Position numbers and translations under genes: made by a program
In this document: positions 7,193 to 16,883 of the stretch, in pieces
How positions within the stretch are numbered: the first letter of the stretch is position 1
Layout: every line of letters begins with the position of its first letter
The notes under the pieces: model-generated
Seen by the model: the letters and a program-made list of their open reading frames with translations, nothing else
Databases searched by the model: none
Told to the model about the DNA's origin: nothing
Source of the DNA: a virus
Lineage: Duplodnaviria > Caudoviricetes
Reading direction: 5' to 3' (one strand)
DNA: 24,380 bases
Virus record (IMG/VR): IMGVR_UViG_3300022671_000055
Span: 1 to 24,380 of that record

Positions 7193-7998
7193 TTTACGAA
7201 AAAGCGATTCGTGATGACGGGTCTCTTTTTTTTCCTGAACGTTTAACCAAAGAGTTTTTAGATCAAGCAAAAAGAGTCATGGGCTCTTACATGTTTGCTA
7301 ACCAGTATCAAAACGAGATTATTCCTCAGGGTGAGCAAACGTTTAAAAAAGAGTGGATTAGGTATTACAAAGCAAAGCCTGAATTAAAAACAACGTTTGC
7401 CATGATTGATCCAGCTATTTCGCAGCAAGATAACGCAGACTTTACTGCCCTTGTGGTGGTCGATTGTGATGTTGATGGCAATTGGTATGTCAGATCTGCG
7501 ATGAGGTATAAAATTACTCCAACGCAGATTGTAAACTTGTGTTTTAAGGTATGGGAAAAGTTTAAGCCTCAAGCAATAGGCATTGAGGATGTAGCTTATC
7601 AAAAGGCGCTTTTGTATATGCTGGATGAAGAGATGAAGCGGCGCAACGCCGTGTTACCTGTTACGGGGGTAAAGCCTGACAGTGATAAGTCAAAAGAGAT
7701 TAGAATTTTGGGATTAGTGCCAAGGTTTGAGTGGGGAAGAATTTTGCTTGCTCAAGGGCTTCATGATTTAGAGCTTGAGCTTGCACAATTTCCGAGATCA
7801 AAGAATGATGATTTATTAGACGCGCTTGCATACATTGAACGCATTGCGTTTTATCCGCAAAAAGAGAGGAGCACAAATGAGCCGCCAAACCCAAACGACC
7901 CAGCAAACTACGAAAGATGGTACCGACAAAACATCTCCAAAATCCGAGAAGGCAGAATCAATCCTTTTGGACGAGCAGGAGAGTTCGGAAATTATTGA
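7174..7998 (+). CDS. terL: Terminase large subunit, C-terminal lid + RNase H-fold nuclease half (split gene part 2)
   Basis: WSVVYEKAI..DGSLFFPE...MGSYMFANQYQNE linker/lid, then IDPA...DFTALVV, IGIED and FPRSKNDDLLDALAY nuclease motifs with acidic residues intact. Confidence 0.9.
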   Translation: MDKWSVVYEKAIRDDGSLFFPERLTKEFLDQAKRVMGSYMFANQYQNEIIPQGEQTFKKEWIRYYKAKPELKTTFAMIDPAISQQDNADFTALVVVDCDVDGNWYVRSAMRYKITPTQIVNLCFKVWEKFKPQAIGIEDVAYQKALLYMLDEEMKRRNAVLPVTGVKPDSDKSKEIRILGLVPRFEWGRILLAQGLHDLELELAQFPRSKNDDLLDALAYIERIAFYPQKERSTNEPPNPNDPANYERWYRQNISKIREGRINPFGRAGEFGNY

Positions 7999-8254
7999 TA
8001 TTGATGACACTAAAGAAACCGTGCAAACTTTTTTAGATAAGATCGCATTTGCAAAAGCAAACGGGGAGAGTGCCATTGAAACGACGGACGAAATCTTTAA
8101 ACATTATTTTCCGCGAGGTTATGACAAAGACTACTTCCACTTCCAAGGTATTGAAGTGGTTCGAAAAGGAAAGCTTGAAAAAGTGGAAGCTGAAAAGGAG
8201 AGACAGACGAATCAGCGGTTACACCCCAACGATGGAGCGTTTGTCAACCGATGA
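7877..8254 (+). CDS. Hypothetical protein overlapping the terL-C 3' end
   Basis: Strong SD GAGAGGAG (7864-7871) before ATG 7877 (track start 7826). ATGA overlap with the next gene. Confidence 0.7.
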   Translation: MSRQTQTTQQTTKDGTDKTSPKSEKAESILLDEQESSEIIDIDDTKETVQTFLDKIAFAKANGESAIETTDEIFKHYFPRGYDKDYFHFQGIEVVRKGKLEKVEAEKERQTNQRLHPNDGAFVNR

Positions 8255-8463
8255 GTGTTCTTGAAGCCTTTTTAGTAGCTCTATTAGTTGCAGAACAAGC
8301 CATATCGTTTTACTTTATTAATAAGCTTGTAAATAAAATCATGTCTCGTAACTATGCGGAATATGAGCAAGCGCAAATTAAGCCTGAAAGGCAAAGGTTT
8401 AGGGTTCCATTGGAAGATGAGCCCGAGGACTTAAGAAATATTGAGTCACCTTATGTAGGATAG
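8251..8463 (+). CDS. Small membrane-anchored protein (70 aa)
   Basis: N-terminal hydrophobic helix followed by LVNKIMSRNYAEY. Immediately before the portal gene. Confidence 0.7.
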   Translation: MSVLEAFLVALLVAEQAISFYFINKLVNKIMSRNYAEYEQAQIKPERQRFRVPLEDEPEDLRNIESPYVG

Positions 8464-8465
8464 CT

Positions 8466-10478
8466 ATGGCTTTTTCTGACATCTTTACAAAACAACAAGA
8501 GCCGGGAACTACATCTGAAGACAAGAAAATGTCTGGATGGATTAAGTCCAAAGTAGAGGAAGTTAGAAAACAAGGCGCCAGAGTGTCTAACGAAGGCATT
8601 TGGATGACTAATATCGCCTACTTGGTTGGATATGATAACGTATTTTATGACACAGCTACCCGCCAGTTTCGAGTTAATAACCGTGCTAATCGTCCTCTTA
8701 GTCGTAACCGCTTACATGTAAACCGGATATTGCCGACAATACAAAACAGGCTTTCAAGACTTACTAAAAACCGTCCACAATACACAGTGCGTCCTAACTC
8801 TATGGAGCAGGACGACAAAGAGGCGGCGACTTTAGCTGAGCAAGTTTTAAATTGGCATTGGCAAGAACAGCAGATGTCAGACAAACAGATTGAGCTTTAC
8901 ATGTGGTTGCAGCAATGTGGCCATGCTTATTTAAAAGTTAACTGGGATACTCAGTTAGGCGAAATGATCGAAGATCCTGCAACCGGGGAAGCGGAATATG
9001 AAGGTGAAGTAAGGGTAGATGTTGTTTCACCTTTTGAAGTGTTTCCTGATCCTTTGGCGAAAAATTTAAGAGATGCGCAGTGGTTAATACAAGCAAAAGT
9101 TAGAAAGCTTGATTATTTCAAATCTCATTATGAAAATGGCAATTTAGTGAAGGCTGAAGATACTTGGTTATTATCGGCTCAATATGAAGAGCGAATTAAT
9201 TCGATGAACACTCAAGGTGCTTTGGGTGGATCTCGAAGAACCAATGATCAAGACACTGCAATTGAGCTTATTTATTATGAGCGTAGATCTAAAAAGCATC
9301 CAAATGGACGAATGGTAATTTGTGCCAATGGAGTTTTATTAGAGGATAAGGAATTGCCGGTAGGTGAGATTCCGTTTGTAAAGTTTGATGATATTGTTAT
9401 TGCGGGTAAATATTATTCTGAGGCTGTAATTACGCATCTTCGTCCAATACAAGATCAGTATAACAGGACTATTTCTAAGCGTGCTGAATGGACAAATAAG
9501 ATGTTAACTGGAAAGTATTTAACTGCACGTGGTTCCCAATTAGTAGCGGAAGCTTTAAATGATCAAAGTGGTGAGGTAGTAGAGTTTACTCCTGTACCGA
9601 ATGCACCTCCTCCTACTGCAATGGCAACTCCTACTATTCCTTCTTATGCTTACAAAGAAGAAGAGCAGTTAAAGCAACAATTTGATGAAGTGTCAGGTAT
9701 TAATGAAGTTTCTCGTGGTCAAGCACCTGGAGGTGGGATTACAGCTGCAATTGCGCTTCAATATTTGAGTGAGCAAGACGATACTCGTATTGGTATTATG
9801 TCTCGTAAAAACGAGCTAGCGTATGCCAGGGTGGGCGCTTTAATTTTAAAGTATGTGCACGAGTTTTATAAAAACCCAAGGCTTTTAAAGATAGCGGGTC
9901 AGAACCGCGATTATATGGTCAAAGAGTTTGTGGGGGCTGACATTCGGGGGAATACTGATGTTCAGGTTGTTGAGGGATCGACACTTCCTAGTAGTGAAAC
10001 TGCCAAGCGAGATTTCATCCTCACACTTCGCAGGGAAGGTCTACTTGGAAGCCCACAGGACCCTAAGGCAAATGAGCGAGTATTAGAGTTATTACAGTTT
10101 GGTGATGTTGATGGACTTTGGGACGATTACTCAATTGATATGAATCAGATTCAAGAATCTATTCAAATGATTGAGAACGAGCAAATTCCTGAAATATCTG
10201 AGCTTGATAACAATCAAATGCACATACAGGTAAAGAATCGTTATCGTAAAACTGACAAGTTTAAAAAGTTAACGCCAATATCTCAGCAAATACTTTTAGA
10301 TGATATTAATCAGCGTATTGATCTTTTGGTAAACCAAGCAAACCCTGGACTAGCTGAGGAGCCAGCGCCTGCTGGTCCTATGCCGTTAGCTGAGGGTGCG
10401 CCTTTGCCGGGAGCTGGGGAGTTATTGGATCGAGAAGAACAATTAACTGAAGATTTAGCAAACATGGAAGGAATTTAA
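8466..10478 (+). CDS. Portal protein (P22-like size and layout)
   Basis: 670 aa after terminase. LHVNRILPTI..., VDVVSPFEVFPDP, LRPIQDQYN and VSGINEVSRG motifs are typical of podovirus portals. Confidence 0.88.
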   Translation: MAFSDIFTKQQEPGTTSEDKKMSGWIKSKVEEVRKQGARVSNEGIWMTNIAYLVGYDNVFYDTATRQFRVNNRANRPLSRNRLHVNRILPTIQNRLSRLTKNRPQYTVRPNSMEQDDKEAATLAEQVLNWHWQEQQMSDKQIELYMWLQQCGHAYLKVNWDTQLGEMIEDPATGEAEYEGEVRVDVVSPFEVFPDPLAKNLRDAQWLIQAKVRKLDYFKSHYENGNLVKAEDTWLLSAQYEERINSMNTQGALGGSRRTNDQDTAIELIYYERRSKKHPNGRMVICANGVLLEDKELPVGEIPFVKFDDIVIAGKYYSEAVITHLRPIQDQYNRTISKRAEWTNKMLTGKYLTARGSQLVAEALNDQSGEVVEFTPVPNAPPPTAMATPTIPSYAYKEEEQLKQQFDEVSGINEVSRGQAPGGGITAAIALQYLSEQDDTRIGIMSRKNELAYARVGALILKYVHEFYKNPRLLKIAGQNRDYMVKEFVGADIRGNTDVQVVEGSTLPSSETAKRDFILTLRREGLLGSPQDPKANERVLELLQFGDVDGLWDDYSIDMNQIQESIQMIENEQIPEISELDNNQMHIQVKNRYRKTDKFKKLTPISQQILLDDINQRIDLLVNQANPGLAEEPAPAGPMPLAEGAPLPGAGELLDREEQLTEDLANMEGI

Positions 10479-10479
10479 G

Positions 10480-10857
10480 ATGAAAGCACCTATGGCTGAG
10501 ATGAAAGAAAAAATGAACCCAATGAAAGAGGCGATTAAGAACAAGCGAATGAAGCTTGTAATTTCTTTTGGAGATTCTGACGATGATGAGTCTCCTATGG
10601 CCGAAATGATGGAAGATATGATGGAAGGTGAAGAAGATGAGGAAGATGAAAAAGAGAAAACATCTTTAGCGCCTAATTTAAAGACTTCTGTAAAAGAAGA
10701 AAAGATGGCTTCTAAAATGAACGAAGGAATGGATCCCATGGCTATGGCAGAAGGTGAAATGCCAGAGGAAATGGATGAGGACATGATGGAAGCGATGTTT
10801 GGCGGCGGGAAGCTTGGTCGTCGAGCAATGGAGATGATGAAAAAAAAGAAAGCTTAG
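10480..10857 (+). CDS. Met/Glu/Lys-rich low-complexity protein
   Basis: 125 aa, about 24 Met, acidic core, basic termini. Lies between portal and scaffold. Confidence 0.7.
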   Translation: MKAPMAEMKEKMNPMKEAIKNKRMKLVISFGDSDDDESPMAEMMEDMMEGEEDEEDEKEKTSLAPNLKTSVKEEKMASKMNEGMDPMAMAEGEMPEEMDEDMMEAMFGGGKLGRRAMEMMKKKKA

Positions 10858-10872
10858 TGAGGAGAGAAAGTT

Positions 10873-11661
10873 TTGGAAACAACCCAGGATGAAGGGACTT
10901 CCGGTAATGAAGACCTCGATTTGGATCAACAAGGCTCCGAGGGCAATGAGTCTGAGGACATCCTTGATTTAGATTCCGTTGAGAGGTTTCGATATGGCGG
11001 TGTTGAGTACACTCCTAAGGAGTTACAAAACGCCATGCTTAGGCAAAGTGATTATACTCGCAAGACTCAAGCGTTAGCTGAAGAACGGAAATACGCCGAA
11101 AACTTTGCAGCCGATGCAGCAAGAGTCATGGAAGATCCTAGTCTTTTGTCTAAATTTAAAGAGATTTACCCTGATAAATATGTTCAGGCTTTAATGCCTT
11201 ATGTGAAGCAGAGTGAATCTCAAACCCAATCTCAAGGTAACTTACCTCCTGAGATTATGGAAAAACTGAATAAGTATGATCAGTTTATGTCTCAAATGGA
11301 GCAAAAAGAGTTTGAAACTCAGGTGCAACAAAACGAGGCAAAGATTGATCAAGCGATCTCAAAGTATTCGGATAAGTATCCCTTGGCCGATGAGCAGACA
11401 GTACTTTCGTATGCGTCTTCTTATGCGGACAAATACGGAAACTTAAACGACAAGGTTTGGGAGCAAATATTTAAAACAGTTCACTCCAAAGTCGAGGGGT
11501 ATGTAAACCAGAGAAAGGGCGAAACCTTTAACCAACAGCGATCTGCTAACCGTAAGGGTAGGGACATTGCTCCGGGTGGAGGAATACCTGCTCAAGCGCC
11601 TGAAAAGGTTCCTTTAAACAAAGTGAAAGATCTTTGGATTAAGGATTTAGAAGGTCGTTAA
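10873..11661 (+). CDS. Capsid scaffolding protein
   Basis: Acidic N-terminus, LRQSDYTRKTQALAEERK motif, helical. TTG start with GAGGAG SD, directly upstream of the capsid gene. Confidence 0.8.
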   Translation: METTQDEGTSGNEDLDLDQQGSEGNESEDILDLDSVERFRYGGVEYTPKELQNAMLRQSDYTRKTQALAEERKYAENFAADAARVMEDPSLLSKFKEIYPDKYVQALMPYVKQSESQTQSQGNLPPEIMEKLNKYDQFMSQMEQKEFETQVQQNEAKIDQAISKYSDKYPLADEQTVLSYASSYADKYGNLNDKVWEQIFKTVHSKVEGYVNQRKGETFNQQRSANRKGRDIAPGGGIPAQAPEKVPLNKVKDLWIKDLEGR

Positions 11662-11682
11662 ATCAGATAAGGAAGTCATGTT

Positions 11683-12900
11683 ATGGCAAATAAATTTGAT
11701 AACATAACCGACAACCTGGCTCAGCTTAAACAATACTATCAAGGTCCGATTACAGATCAGTTAAACAACGATCTTCCGGTTCTTCGTGGTGCTGAAAAGG
11801 TGAAGTCAGGATGGAGTGGATCTGAAGTAATTCGTCCACTAAGAGTACGACGTAACCAAGGTATTGGAGCAACCACTGACGGTGGTTCATTGCCGAACAT
11901 TGGTCGTCAAAGCACTGTTCAAGCTAAGATCACTGCGAAGTATAACTACCTTCGTTTTGGTATTACTGGGCCAATGATTAAAGCATCTGCTGCGGATGTT
12001 GGATCATTTGTTCGGTCTGCTACATTTGAGCTTGAGATGGGTTATGAAGATTTATCTTCAGATCTTAACCGTCAATATGCTTGGACTGGAGAAGGTACGC
12101 TAGCGACTGTTTCAGCTAACGCAGTTTCTTCTACTGTAATTACAGTTACAGGAAGAGAAGATGCGGAAGATGGAAACAAGTTTTTAGATGTTGGCTTAGT
12201 AGTTGACATTTATACAGCGGCTGGATCTTTAGTTGCATCTGGTGTTGAAATCACTGGATTAACTGGAACTGCTACAGCTACGTTGACGTTGTCAGCGCCT
12301 GTTACAGTTTCTGCGACTGATATTTTAGTTCGAGCTGGATCTTTTGAAAACGAAGTAAATGGTCTTGAGTTCGCACTTGATGGCGGAACTACTACTATTT
12401 ACAACGTAGATCGTTCTATTTTCACTTCTTACCGAGGAAACGTTGTAGACGCGTCTTCTGGTCAGCTAACGCTTGATCTAATGCAACAAGTTTACAACGA
12501 AGGTCTTAGAAGGGGTGGAATTAAGGATGCAAGTTACAGTGCGATTTACTGTGACTTTGATTCTTTACGATTCTATCAAAAACTTTTGACTCCAGATAAG
12601 CGATATACAAACACAGTTGAGGGTGACGGTGGATTTGCTAAAAAAGGTCAATTCTACTTAGACTTTAACGGCGTACCTTTGGTTGCTGATAAAGACTGTC
12701 CTCAGCGTATGTATTTTATTCCTCATACAGCATTACAAAACTTTGTTTTGGCTGAGATGGAATTCGCTGATGAGACTGGAAGCATGTACATTGCACAAAC
12801 TGACAATGATCAGTTAGAGGCACGTATTCGCTACTTTGCTAACCTTTTCAACACTAAGCCAGCGGCTTGTGGTGCATTAAAAGGTTACATTTCTCCGTAG
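11683..12900 (+). CDS. Major capsid protein (HK97 fold, with beta-rich insertion domain)
   Basis: 405 aa after the scaffold. LKQYY.GPI.DQLN, DLNRQYAWTGEG, FNGVPLVADKDCP patterns. Thr/Val/Ala-rich insertion at about residues 138-220. Confidence 0.88.
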   Translation: MANKFDNITDNLAQLKQYYQGPITDQLNNDLPVLRGAEKVKSGWSGSEVIRPLRVRRNQGIGATTDGGSLPNIGRQSTVQAKITAKYNYLRFGITGPMIKASAADVGSFVRSATFELEMGYEDLSSDLNRQYAWTGEGTLATVSANAVSSTVITVTGREDAEDGNKFLDVGLVVDIYTAAGSLVASGVEITGLTGTATATLTLSAPVTVSATDILVRAGSFENEVNGLEFALDGGTTTIYNVDRSIFTSYRGNVVDASSGQLTLDLMQQVYNEGLRRGGIKDASYSAIYCDFDSLRFYQKLLTPDKRYTNTVEGDGGFAKKGQFYLDFNGVPLVADKDCPQRMYFIPHTALQNFVLAEMEFADETGSMYIAQTDNDQLEARIRYFANLFNTKPAACGALKGYISP

Positions 12901-12911
12901 TTTGTAAATTT

Positions 12912-13385
12912 ATGGAATACTGGCTCAGACGGTTAAACCAAGAGATACAAAAGCACGATCGAAAGCTCGTAGCTTTGAGGTGTAAAGACCGTATAGATAT
13001 AAGTCGTCAGTCAGTTAGGTTTTTGCCCTACGAGGTTTTTGGCAATACCATTTGGGTCAGTGTTCCATTATTACAAGATGTTTTTTCATTAACTCATAAC
13101 TGGAAAAAAACGGGTGTACCTGTGAGTTGGGGTATAGAGCCTGTGTGTCAGCGTTTAAAAATGATTGATACATGGAATCATCCTGACTTTTTAGACCGTC
13201 TTTTGAAGGATTATGAGAAAATGGAAGAAAGTGAGAAGCGAGCCAGGATGAATGATTTTGAGGCATTTGCCCATGATTTTCGTCCTGAATTCAAACGTGC
13301 ATTTAATGATTATAACGTTGCCTCAATGAAAAAGGTTTATTCTGAGGCAAAGTATGAAAGGAAACAGAAAAAATGGGTATCGTAA
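12912..13385 (+). CDS. Hypothetical phage protein
   Basis: ATG 12912 is more plausible than the track start 12867, which lies inside the capsid gene. Confidence 0.7.
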   Translation: MEYWLRRLNQEIQKHDRKLVALRCKDRIDISRQSVRFLPYEVFGNTIWVSVPLLQDVFSLTHNWKKTGVPVSWGIEPVCQRLKMIDTWNHPDFLDRLLKDYEKMEESEKRARMNDFEAFAHDFRPEFKRAFNDYNVASMKKVYSEAKYERKQKKWVS

Positions 13386-13804
13386 ACCGATCAATGGACG
13401 CATCTGAGCAAAAGGAAACAATCTCAGTTGCATTATCACCGGTAGCAACTGCGGGGGGAACTTACCTTTTAGCGGCGGCACCTTATCAGTGTGAAGTGAC
13501 TGACATTGCAGTGAGTGCAAACGGTCTTTCAAACACTCCTAGCTTGGAAGTTGAGGCTTACAAGTTTGCGGGTGGTGTTACAATTAACAGTGATTTATCT
13601 ACTGCAATTGCACTTCCTGCTACAGCAACCAGTGGTATTTTTGCTTTAACTCTTGGGACAGCTGGATCCACTCAAGTTCAACTTGATGCTGGTGAAATGC
13701 TTGTTGCACGAGTAACAGGCACAAACGGTGCTGCAGCTTCTGCGACAGTAAACATTGTTGTTCGCAAGCTTCAAGACATCGTAACAACTGATTTTGGAGT
13801 TTAA
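13373..13804 (+). CDS. Probable capsid decoration/cement protein
   Basis: 143 aa, Ala/Thr/Val-rich beta protein near the capsid gene, followed by a terminator. Confidence 0.5.
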   Translation: MGIVNRSMDASEQKETISVALSPVATAGGTYLLAAAPYQCEVTDIAVSANGLSNTPSLEVEAYKFAGGVTINSDLSTAIALPATATSGIFALTLGTAGSTQVQLDAGEMLVARVTGTNGAAASATVNIVVRKLQDIVTTDFGV

Positions 13805-13828
13805 TCTCTCACAATCACTAATAGAATC

Positions 13829-13860
13829 GGGGGGTGGGTTTTGCTTGCCCCCCAACTTTT
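13829..13860 (+). terminator. Putative intrinsic terminator after the head genes
   Basis: GGGGGGTGGG-TTTTG-CTTGCCCCCC hairpin (with G-U pairs) followed by AACTTTT. Confidence 0.65.
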
Positions 13861-13871
13861 AGGGCATTTTT

Positions 13872-16800
13872 ATGGCAATTAATGGAAACTTTACGTTATT
13901 TCGATCTTCGGCGGGTGCCGGTGCTTCAGCGAGTGATTATTTAAAAGATGTTTTTAAAGACGTAAGTCTTCCTGCCACAAACAACACTGGGTTTACTGAT
14001 AATGCTGATACAAACCCTTTGGGTGGATTTTTCAACGACGACGATGCTCCCAAGTATGGTTGGAAGCAATTAAGCATTAAAAATTTTGAAGTTATTTCTG
14101 ATCGATCAAAATGGATTGATAATAAGCCAACCTATTTAATTGAATTTAAAGAAGGCGGTGTGGGTGTACTTGCTTATGCTTACGGTGATGTGAGGCTTGG
14201 CAGGAATAAGGATGGTTTATCTGTAAGTGTAAACCAAGTGGGTGATGGATTTGGTATTACAGGAGTCATTAGAAAAGCTGGTTGGCTAGTTGCTCCGAAT
14301 GTAAATTCATCTGCTACAGCAAACATTTTAATTGACGGTACAGACACGACTAATGATGTAACGTTTTCAGATGCGTCTGCACCTTTTGATGGGTTAGGGC
14401 AAAATAAGCAATTTATAGCGCTTGCTTCAACAAGTAATCAGACTGAAGACATTCACGATTACCGTTTAACTGTGAACAACAAGGATACGCTAACAATTAC
14501 TGGCATTGTTGTTTATTTTGAAAACAGCGGTGCAAACATTGAGTTATTTCCTGGTAACACTTATGTAGATAAAACAAAATCTACTACGACAGTCGGTGCG
14601 ACATTAGATTTAGCGGGTCTTGGTATAAAGGGTGGCAGGACTGTCATTAGCAAAACAGCTGCAAATGCGTACACACAAGAAAGTGTGGAACCTCCTGGGG
14701 TTACCTCTATTGCGACTGGATCAAGTGGGACTAATTTATTGACTGTGGCGGCTGGCGATGGTTCTAGTTTTCCAATTGGATCAGGTATTGCGGCATTTTC
14801 TGGAACGAGTGCTTATTTAGGTACAGTTTTAAATGTTTCTACAGATACATTAACTGTTAGTCCTACTTTAGGTTTTGGAATAAGTGGAGATTGTTACAAG
14901 TTATTTCAAACGGGTGCTTCTTACGCTATTTCATCTACTTTGTATCAATTAGATTACGAAATTGATTTTGCAAATCTTCAAAATGATAACAATTCTGCAC
15001 TTGGTTTTGCTGAGGAAGGCAATAGTGGAAACTTACAATACATAGATCCACAGGGTCGTTATAGTGTTTACGGTTTTGGTTTAAATACTAGAACTGATTT
15101 AGGTTATTACGGTGTGGGCTTTGCCAATTCTTCTACTGGTATATTGTATGTAGATGCGTATGCAAGCGCTTGTGAAATTATCTACGCTGCAAGCGAGGGT
15201 GGCGGCATTCATGCTACATTTCATGTGAGTTTTGGAACCGCCCAGGGTGTGCTTCAAGGTGTAACTGGTTTGTTAACTCAAACTGTTTTTACGGATGCAG
15301 GCCCTGGTATGAAATCTTTTTTCTTACAAAACGGTGCTTCGACAATAAATTGTAATATTCATAGATTGCGTTTTTATAGGTTAGCCGATCCTGTTGGCTC
15401 TAGTTTTGGACAGCTTGCAAGTTATGAAACATTAGAAAATGTTTACAAGCCTGATAGTGTAGGCCTTTCAACGATTACACCTGGAACATATAGAAGGGTT
15501 TATGCAGATCAACTTTATTATGAAGGTGATTGGAGAAGAATTACTGACACTTTCTTTTTGGGTCAGGTAACGGCAAGAGGGGTTTCTACAAACTGTACTT
15601 TTAAATACAACTATTTTGGTAAAGACTTTGCAATTATTGGCGAAAGTGGTGCGAGTGGTAACTTAACGATTGATGGAGCAAGTATTAGTAGTGATTTTAA
15701 TACTTTACAAAGTGTTGCGACGTTAGGTTTTCATGAACTTGAGTACACTCATTTAGGTAGTACGGTACAAATTGGCGGGATTGATATTACTAATCCTGTA
15801 GCTGATTTTAATCATCTTCAAAACTTTGATTTTTTTGACGAGCAAAAGGACATTCCTGCCGTTTATGAAACGGGTGATACGCCACGAAATCCTAAAGCTG
15901 GGGATGTTTGGGCGGATAACAAGGATAATAAATTTATTTGGGTTTATTTATGGGAGAAGTGGAACCGATTAAGAGTTGATGTATCGGTAGATGATCCTAA
16001 TGGATTTAGTTCTTTTTACTTTGCCAGTGGTGCGAGTAATGGAAACGGTGATAGCACAAATAACACACAAGTTAGGCGTTATGATTTTGCAAGTTATCAA
16101 GTAGCTGCAGCGATTCCGTCTGCACGTTACAGTGTTGGTTTGGGAGATGGATCTTTTAGAGACAAGATGTATGTAGTAGCGGGATTAGATTCTACTGCAA
16201 ATGTGACGACGAGTACGCAAGAGTTTAACGCTGCAAGTTGGGCAACACTTGCTGCGATTAGTGCTGGAAGGCATGCCATGTGCTATTTAGGGTTTAAGGC
16301 GATTAATCTTTTAGTGGTAGCAAATGGTGCGAGTACAACTAACACTGGAAACAGTGGAGCTGCAACGTCTGTCAGAACGTTTGACGGAACGTCTTGGACT
16401 GTGTTTGGTGACACATCATTGGCCAGAAATTTAAGAGGGACTTTTGAAGTAAATGCAGTCATGTCTTTACTGGCTGGAAGGAGTACAACGGATACGACTT
16501 CAAACGGGCATGAAACATTTGATGGATCTTCAATTGGTTCTTCTACTGTAACGCCAACAAGCGCGGCCAGTGCGATGAGTTGTAACAGTCCTGGCGGGCG
16601 AGGAATAGTGGGTTACGAAAATACTACTAACACTAACGAATGGGATGGATCTTCGTGGTCGTCTGCCATTGTAAACAATAACGCAAAAGCAACTACAATG
16701 AACGGAAGAGCTTGTGGTGCGGCATGCGCATTTGTATCAAGTGTGAGTAGAGCAATTTTTTACGGAAGATCAGCTGCGGGTAGTTCTTTTGCTGATCAAG

Positions 16801-16883
16801 ATGAATTTGACGGTACAAGCTTTATTGTTTTAGGTATTTCTGGCGGATTAGCGAGGGCTGGCGCTGGCGGAGGTGCAATTTGA
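13872..16883 (+). CDS. Large virion fibre/spike protein with C-terminal kelch-like propeller
   Basis: 1003 aa, G/S/T-rich beta domains. P.NPKAGDVWAD linker, then repeats YDFASY / FNAASW / FDGTSW / FDGSSI / WDGSSW / FDGTSF from about 16010. Confidence 0.7.
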   Translation: MAINGNFTLFRSSAGAGASASDYLKDVFKDVSLPATNNTGFTDNADTNPLGGFFNDDDAPKYGWKQLSIKNFEVISDRSKWIDNKPTYLIEFKEGGVGVLAYAYGDVRLGRNKDGLSVSVNQVGDGFGITGVIRKAGWLVAPNVNSSATANILIDGTDTTNDVTFSDASAPFDGLGQNKQFIALASTSNQTEDIHDYRLTVNNKDTLTITGIVVYFENSGANIELFPGNTYVDKTKSTTTVGATLDLAGLGIKGGRTVISKTAANAYTQESVEPPGVTSIATGSSGTNLLTVAAGDGSSFPIGSGIAAFSGTSAYLGTVLNVSTDTLTVSPTLGFGISGDCYKLFQTGASYAISSTLYQLDYEIDFANLQNDNNSALGFAEEGNSGNLQYIDPQGRYSVYGFGLNTRTDLGYYGVGFANSSTGILYVDAYASACEIIYAASEGGGIHATFHVSFGTAQGVLQGVTGLLTQTVFTDAGPGMKSFFLQNGASTINCNIHRLRFYRLADPVGSSFGQLASYETLENVYKPDSVGLSTITPGTYRRVYADQLYYEGDWRRITDTFFLGQVTARGVSTNCTFKYNYFGKDFAIIGESGASGNLTIDGASISSDFNTLQSVATLGFHELEYTHLGSTVQIGGIDITNPVADFNHLQNFDFFDEQKDIPAVYETGDTPRNPKAGDVWADNKDNKFIWVYLWEKWNRLRVDVSVDDPNGFSSFYFASGASNGNGDSTNNTQVRRYDFASYQVAAAIPSARYSVGLGDGSFRDKMYVVAGLDSTANVTTSTQEFNAASWATLAAISAGRHAMCYLGFKAINLLVVANGASTTNTGNSGAATSVRTFDGTSWTVFGDTSLARNLRGTFEVNAVMSLLAGRSTTDTTSNGHETFDGSSIGSSTVTPTSAASAMSCNSPGGRGIVGYENTTNTNEWDGSSWSSAIVNNNAKATTMNGRACGAACAFVSSVSRAIFYGRSAAGSSFADQDEFDGTSFIVLGISGGLARAGAGGGAI

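Noticed and set aside
1667-7998. Split intein between the terL halves
   Set aside because: No Cys/Ser-initiated N-intein after the ATPase and no His-Asn C-intein before the nuclease half.
12867-12911. Programmed frameshift extending the capsid protein into the next ORF
   Set aside because: No canonical slippery heptamer, and the downstream ORF has its own ATG at 12912.
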